The notes under the pieces were generated by a model, which saw only the letters and a list, made by a program, of their open reading frames with translations, ran no database searches and had not been told where the DNA came from. Of a DNA stretch of 57,004 bases, positions 52,566-57,004 are shown one piece after another. Position 1 is the stretch's first letter. Every line of letters begins with the position of its first letter. A program made the translations under genes and the position numbers. This DNA comes from Candidatus Aenigmatarchaeota archaeon (lineage in GTDB: Archaea > Aenigmatarchaeota > Aenigmatarchaeia > QMZP01), in contig WAQT01000010.1 of the NCBI GenBank assembly GCA_015520105.1, positions 1 through 57,004 of the forward strand. Reading direction: 5' to 3'.

Positions 52566-53654
52566 TCAGTATCTCCGGAACATCTTTCCCCATTCCGTCT
52601 TCATGAACTGCTTTATCATTCTCCTTCCTGCTGTCGGATACCAGAAGTAGTCGTGATAGAACGCGCTCCCGAACACCGCGAGCTTGAAAAGACCTGTTCT
52701 GAATACAAGCCTTTCAAGAAAGGAATGCTTCTTTCTGAAGAGCTGGTCGAAGTATATGACAGGGCTCCTTCTGGTTGAGAAGCGGAAGTTTATTTTATTG
52801 AACTCGCTTCTTGGCATTCCTGCTATCTCTATCTGGTCTATGTCGCCTGTCCCAAGACCCCTGTCGTGGGCCTGTTTTATAAACGGTATTTTCATTGGCT
52901 CGAATCCCATCATCTTTGCGCTCACAGCGTCTATGGCAACCTGGTCCGCTGAAGCAAGGATTATGTTCTTTATCTCCGGCGTCATGGTCCTTGGGCCTGC
53001 TCCGTTGCCGCACACTGTTCCGTCCATCACAGCGAACATTCCGGGATGTATCTCCTTCTGTATGGCCAGAAGGTCTACTATCACTTCGTGTATCATCCTG
53101 TGCGAGTGGTGGCGCCTCTCTGTTATGAGGCCTCCGAATGCGTTCTTTATAGCGCCGGTGATTGTTGTGTGGCCGTGCGTCTTAACTGTCGGAAGGTGGA
53201 TTACGTTCTTTCCGATAAACATCACCGGTATCTTCAGGCCGTCAGGAAATATATGGGGTATCGCAACCATCTCGGACTTCGGCTCGTAAACCTCCCATTT
53301 CGCTTCTGTGAGCGGTTCGTATTTCTGCCCGTATTTCCTCAGGACAGGCAGCCATCTGTTGTTCAGCGCGCCTTTCCACACGTTCGTGACCACGGTCTTG
53401 TTCTCCACGAAATGCAGATTCCTGTAACCGTCGTCCAGAAGCTTCTTCATGCAGCCCTCAAGCTGCCAGGGCTCGGTGGAGCATGCGGGATAGTAGAGAG
53501 ACCACGAGAGGTTGAGTTTCACCACGGTCTCGATGCTCTTCTTTATGTGCTTTGTGTACTCCGCAAGCGTCATCAGTTTTGCATAATCTTCTATAACCGT
53601 TTCAGGCCTTGTCCTGAGAACGGACACTATGCTCTCTCCTGCCATCGTAATCAT
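52566..53654 (-). CDS. DUF362-domain protein
   Basis: 362 aa with the general DUF362 layout as I recall it. The start may be 53645. Confidence 0.45.
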   Translation of the reverse strand: MITMAGESIVSVLRTRPETVIEDYAKLMTLAEYTKHIKKSIETVVKLNLSWSLYYPACSTEPWQLEGCMKKLLDDGYRNLHFVENKTVVTNVWKGALNNRWLPVLRKYGQKYEPLTEAKWEVYEPKSEMVAIPHIFPDGLKIPVMFIGKNVIHLPTVKTHGHTTITGAIKNAFGGLITERRHHSHRMIHEVIVDLLAIQKEIHPGMFAVMDGTVCGNGAGPRTMTPEIKNIILASADQVAIDAVSAKMMGFEPMKIPFIKQAHDRGLGTGDIDQIEIAGMPRSEFNKINFRFSTRRSPVIYFDQLFRKKHSFLERLVFRTGLFKLAVFGSAFYHDYFWYPTAGRRMIKQFMKTEWGKMFRRY

Positions 53655-53659
53655 TTTGA

Positions 53660-54646
53660 ATGAAATTTATAAAACGTTTCGCAACAACGTTGTATATGCG
53701 AGCGGGCGGGAAGGGGTCTGCATCAAGGGTGTGGTACGTTGTTTTTGCATCTGTTGCTGTATATGCGGTGATGCTCGCACTGAGCGATTTCTCAGGTTTA
53801 TCTGAGATTTTCCTCTCATGGAGCACGGTATCTGCTGTTCTTCTGCTGGCTTTCGGAAACTATCTGCTCAGGGCAGCAAGGTTCCATTACTATATAAAGG
53901 CTGCTGGCGCAGAGGTTCCGCTTCGGAAATCCCTTCTGGTATTTTTCAGCGGAATGCTCATGACAATCACGCCAGGAAAGATAGGGGAAGTGTGGAAGTC
54001 GCACATGCTCAAGAAAAGCGATGGCATAAGGATAAGAAGAACAGTTCCTGCGGTGTTCTCCGAAAGACTGAGCGATGTTATTGGAGTGATTGCGATAGCG
54101 GTCGTGTCTTCTTACGCGTTTGTTGGAGAAGCGCTGTCCCTGAGCGCCTCTGTTGCATTCGTGTCTCTGATTGCGCTTGCGGTATACAGCAGGAGGGTGT
54201 ACAGGGGAATGAGAGGAATTGCCATGAGAATCGGCGTGCTGAGGAAGCATATCCAAAAGATTGACGACGTGTACGAGGGAGTAAGAAGCATCAATTCTCC
54301 CTTAAAGCTTGCTGTCTCAGTGATTCTGAGCATTGCTGCGTGGTCTCTTGAGTGCATTGCGCTCTGGATGATAGTTGCGGATATCGGATACCCGATTCCT
54401 CTGGGAATTGCATTTTTTGTCTATTCTGCCTCAAGCCTGACAGGCTCTCTTTCCACATCGCCCGGAGGGATAGGGGTGACCGAGGGGGGAATGTATCTGA
54501 TGCTTATCGGTTTCGGTCTAGGCAGTGCAGCGGCATCAGTATCCGTGATAGCTGTAAGATTTGCAACGCTCTGGTTTGCAATAGCATGCGCTGCTGTATC
54601 GCTGTGGGTGTTCAGGAAGATTTACGGGGTCAGTGCATGGAAATGA
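53660..54646 (+). CDS. Flippase-like membrane protein (UPF0104 family)
   Basis: Polytopic protein with the motif TPGKIGEVWKSHML at the position equivalent to the other two copies. Confidence 0.55.
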   Translation: MKFIKRFATTLYMRAGGKGSASRVWYVVFASVAVYAVMLALSDFSGLSEIFLSWSTVSAVLLLAFGNYLLRAARFHYYIKAAGAEVPLRKSLLVFFSGMLMTITPGKIGEVWKSHMLKKSDGIRIRRTVPAVFSERLSDVIGVIAIAVVSSYAFVGEALSLSASVAFVSLIALAVYSRRVYRGMRGIAMRIGVLRKHIQKIDDVYEGVRSINSPLKLAVSVILSIAAWSLECIALWMIVADIGYPIPLGIAFFVYSASSLTGSLSTSPGGIGVTEGGMYLMLIGFGLGSAAASVSVIAVRFATLWFAIACAAVSLWVFRKIYGVSAWK

Positions 54647-55896
54647 AAAGAAAGCGCGTGGTGTTTCTGGCTGTTGTTATATTGCTTGCAGCTCTCAGGA
54701 TAGCCGCATCCTTCGGGTATTTCATTCACACAGAGGGAGATGACAAGACATGGTATTTTCTCGGTGACAGGACGCTCAGAGCCTATGGGCTTGAAGACCC
54801 GATGAGCGATGAGATGAAGGGGTTTTATGCAAGGTATTACAGCGATGAGATATTCAGAAAGGTTTCATACATGCCTGTTCTGTGGTATTTCATGGCGCTT
54901 CTTGTCAAGGCTTCAGGAAGCAGTTACAGGGTTTTTGATGCCCTCTTCGTAATCATTCTGAACGTCGCGGACGTCATAGCGTTTGTTTTTCTCTACAAGA
55001 TTCTCAGGTCCAAGAGGGTTTCCGAGAACGCCGCGTTTGCGCTTGCGGTGGCATATTTCATGAATCCCGTGACCCTGAACAGCCTCAAATGGAGGCAGAT
55101 GAACGGGATATCCGTGATGTTTCTGGTTCTTTCTGTTCATCTCTATTCCAGAAGAAAGGAGGTGAAGTCCTCGCTGGCGTTCGGGTTCAGTTATATCTCG
55201 AAGCTCATAGCAGCTTACCTGATTCCTGTCTTTTTAATTAAGGCTGCGAGAAACAGGAAGGCGCTGTTTTCGATTTTTGCTGTTCCTCTGATTGGCAGCG
55301 CTGCCTACATAGCAAGTTCGCGCTTTGATTTTGGCGGGAATCTTGCTTTCGGCAGCGGGATATCCCCCGGGGACCCGTGGAACCTTTCGTTCTCCGGGCT
55401 CCTTGCGCTTTTTGGCATTGGGTCTCCCGCAGTCTCCTATGCGTTCCTGTGCGCGACGTTCCTCTTTCTCTTGCTCTCCTATTTCGTGTTCAGGAAGGAA
55501 AGTATGGAGTCGCTTGTTTTTGTCGTGATGTCAGTGTATTTCCTGTTTGCTAACCTGATAGAGATTCATCACATAGTGTTTCTTTATGCCGCTGTTATAA
55601 TGAACTGGGATAGGCATCCTTTCATAAGGAAAATGTTTCCGCTCTATCTTCTTGTTCCTCTGGGGTGGTTCCTCGGAACGCCTGACGGCTTCGGAACGCG
55701 GATGCTTTCAGCGTTCGGAATAACATGGACGCACTTCATTGAGGCTAAAGCTTTCACCATAATCGCATTCAAGGCAGTGATAGTCCTTGGCCTGCTTCCG
55801 TACATAAGGGGGATTGACAGGAACGCTCTTATTGGGGATATAAAGGGAGCGCTGTCCGTCATCAGGCGTTGTATAGCGCTTCGAGCTTCTTTATAA
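54643..55896 (+). CDS. Polytopic membrane protein, putative GT-C-type glycosyltransferase
   Basis: From the ATG at 54643 (ATGA overlap with the upstream stop): MKRKRVVFLAVVILLAAL..., about 417 aa with at least 9 hydrophobic helices. Confidence 0.45.
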   Translation: MKRKRVVFLAVVILLAALRIAASFGYFIHTEGDDKTWYFLGDRTLRAYGLEDPMSDEMKGFYARYYSDEIFRKVSYMPVLWYFMALLVKASGSSYRVFDALFVIILNVADVIAFVFLYKILRSKRVSENAAFALAVAYFMNPVTLNSLKWRQMNGISVMFLVLSVHLYSRRKEVKSSLAFGFSYISKLIAAYLIPVFLIKAARNRKALFSIFAVPLIGSAAYIASSRFDFGGNLAFGSGISPGDPWNLSFSGLLALFGIGSPAVSYAFLCATFLFLLLSYFVFRKESMESLVFVVMSVYFLFANLIEIHHIVFLYAAVIMNWDRHPFIRKMFPLYLLVPLGWFLGTPDGFGTRMLSAFGITWTHFIEAKAFTIIAFKAVIVLGLLPYIRGIDRNALIGDIKGALSVIRRCIALRASL

Positions 55897-56902
55897 CCGC
55901 GCTCCATGAGTATTTGCCTGCTGTGAGCCGGGCATTCCTTCTCATGTTTTCGATAAGGATATCATCGGAAAGGAGTTTCTCAAGAAACGCCGCGATGGAC
56001 TTTGGGTCTTTTGGTTTCACCAGAAACCCGTTCTCTCCGTGCTTCACTATCTCCGGGACGCTTCCCACCGCGGTTGCTATCACTGGCACTCCGAAAGACA
56101 TCGCCTCAAGAACAGCGTTTGGAAAGCCCTCTGAGAGGGAGGGAAGAACGAGCACTCTTGCCTGAAGAAGGTATCTTGAAACCTCTTCAGGAGGCACGCT
56201 GCCGGCAAACACTACGCTGAGTCCCCGCGCCCGGCGTTCGAGTTCCTTTCTTATAGCCCCGTCTCCCACTATTATGGTTTCCGGCTGGGATTTCATCATG
56301 GAGAGCGCGTCAAGGAGGTAGGACACTCCCTTTACCGGAGTGAGCCTTCCGACGTAAACGACCTTGCTTCCAGACGATGCACGGGAAGGGATGTCTATGC
56401 CGTTCGGTATGACATGAATCGTTTTGCCCGGAAACGCTTTCAGGATTTGTTTTCTTGCCGCGTTCGACTGGACTATGATGTTTCTGGCGCGGTTTATCAC
56501 CAGGTTGACAACCAGCCTGCTGAAGAACCAGGAGGTTATGTAACTGTATTCCCCCCTTGACCACACGAACGTCCTGATGCCCAGGAGCTTTTCTGCAGCA
56601 AGGCCGATGAGGCCGTTCGGGTTTATCATCATGCACTGCAGAACGTCGATGTTCCTTCTTTTTCTGAGAAGGTAGAGAAACGCGGAAAGGGAGAAGAGAA
56701 TGAATCCAACAAGCGGTATTCTAACGTAGAAGAGCCTTCTTATAGAGAAGCCTTTCCTCGCCTCGGTCTTCGGCAGCCCCCGGACTCTCCTTGTAATGAC
56801 AGTGACGCTGTGCTTTTTGGAGAGTTTCTCTGCGAGAAGGCGGGTCTGGGTTTCTGTTCCTCCAAACCCGTCAAACTCCGATACAAGGATTGCGATGTTC
56901 AT
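55862..56902 (-). CDS. GT4 glycosyltransferase
   Basis: VYVGRLTPVKG and the SLSEGFPNAVLEAMSFGVPVIA (E-x7-E) motifs. Confidence 0.7.
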   Translation of the reverse strand: MNIAILVSEFDGFGGTETQTRLLAEKLSKKHSVTVITRRVRGLPKTEARKGFSIRRLFYVRIPLVGFILFSLSAFLYLLRKRRNIDVLQCMMINPNGLIGLAAEKLLGIRTFVWSRGEYSYITSWFFSRLVVNLVINRARNIIVQSNAARKQILKAFPGKTIHVIPNGIDIPSRASSGSKVVYVGRLTPVKGVSYLLDALSMMKSQPETIIVGDGAIRKELERRARGLSVVFAGSVPPEEVSRYLLQARVLVLPSLSEGFPNAVLEAMSFGVPVIATAVGSVPEIVKHGENGFLVKPKDPKSIAAFLEKLLSDDILIENMRRNARLTAGKYSWSAVIKKLEALYNA

Positions 56903-57004
56903 TCACCCATCCACTAAGAGTTTAGAAGAAATCCATAAAAATGTAAGCATCTGAATGATACGTAGATAAGAATTGCATGATATCATTTCTGTGCATATTT
57001 ATGG

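Noticed and set aside
54352-54642. N-terminal 97 aa of ORF 54352..55896
   Set aside because: It overlaps the 3' end of the flippase-like gene in another frame and is Cys/Arg-rich. A start at 54637 or 54643 gives a normal signal-anchor N-terminus.

Overview
This window looks like an archaeal chromosome segment. The markers are class I LysRS, PCNA, a histone, eL19, Rpo6/RpoK, CDP-archaeol synthase, aTrm56, Taw1 and FBP aldolase/phosphatase. Gene packing is tight with many ATGA start/stop overlaps, which would fit an uncultivated small-genome lineage, though that is only a guess. About 1-32 kb is mostly housekeeping: gluconeogenesis/glycolysis, ScpAB, aminoacyl-tRNA synthetases, tRNA modification, a polyamine/hypusine operon, ribosomal proteins, enolase and DNA repair. 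It also holds a few AT-richer accessory insertions: a pilin-like gene with a HEPN/MNT pair, and two DUF4143 ATPases. About 32.5-57 kb is one large surface-glycan/lipid-linked-sugar locus. It carries nucleotide-sugar enzymes, GT2/GT4 transferases, three flippase-like proteins, polytopic GT-C-like proteins, a carbamoyltransferase, methyltransferases, and a UbiA (DPPR-synthase-like) gene coupled to prs. The most unusual signal is non-coding. Five tRNA genes carry nine introns, and four of them combine a canonical 37/38 intron with a long T-loop intron of up to about 240 nt. These introns share a modular repeat family with each other and with two intergenic repeat islands (about 8.8-9.04 kb and 12.34-12.67 kb), including hairpins with compensatory changes. 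All functional calls come from reading the translations and recalling family motifs. No database search or folding program was run.
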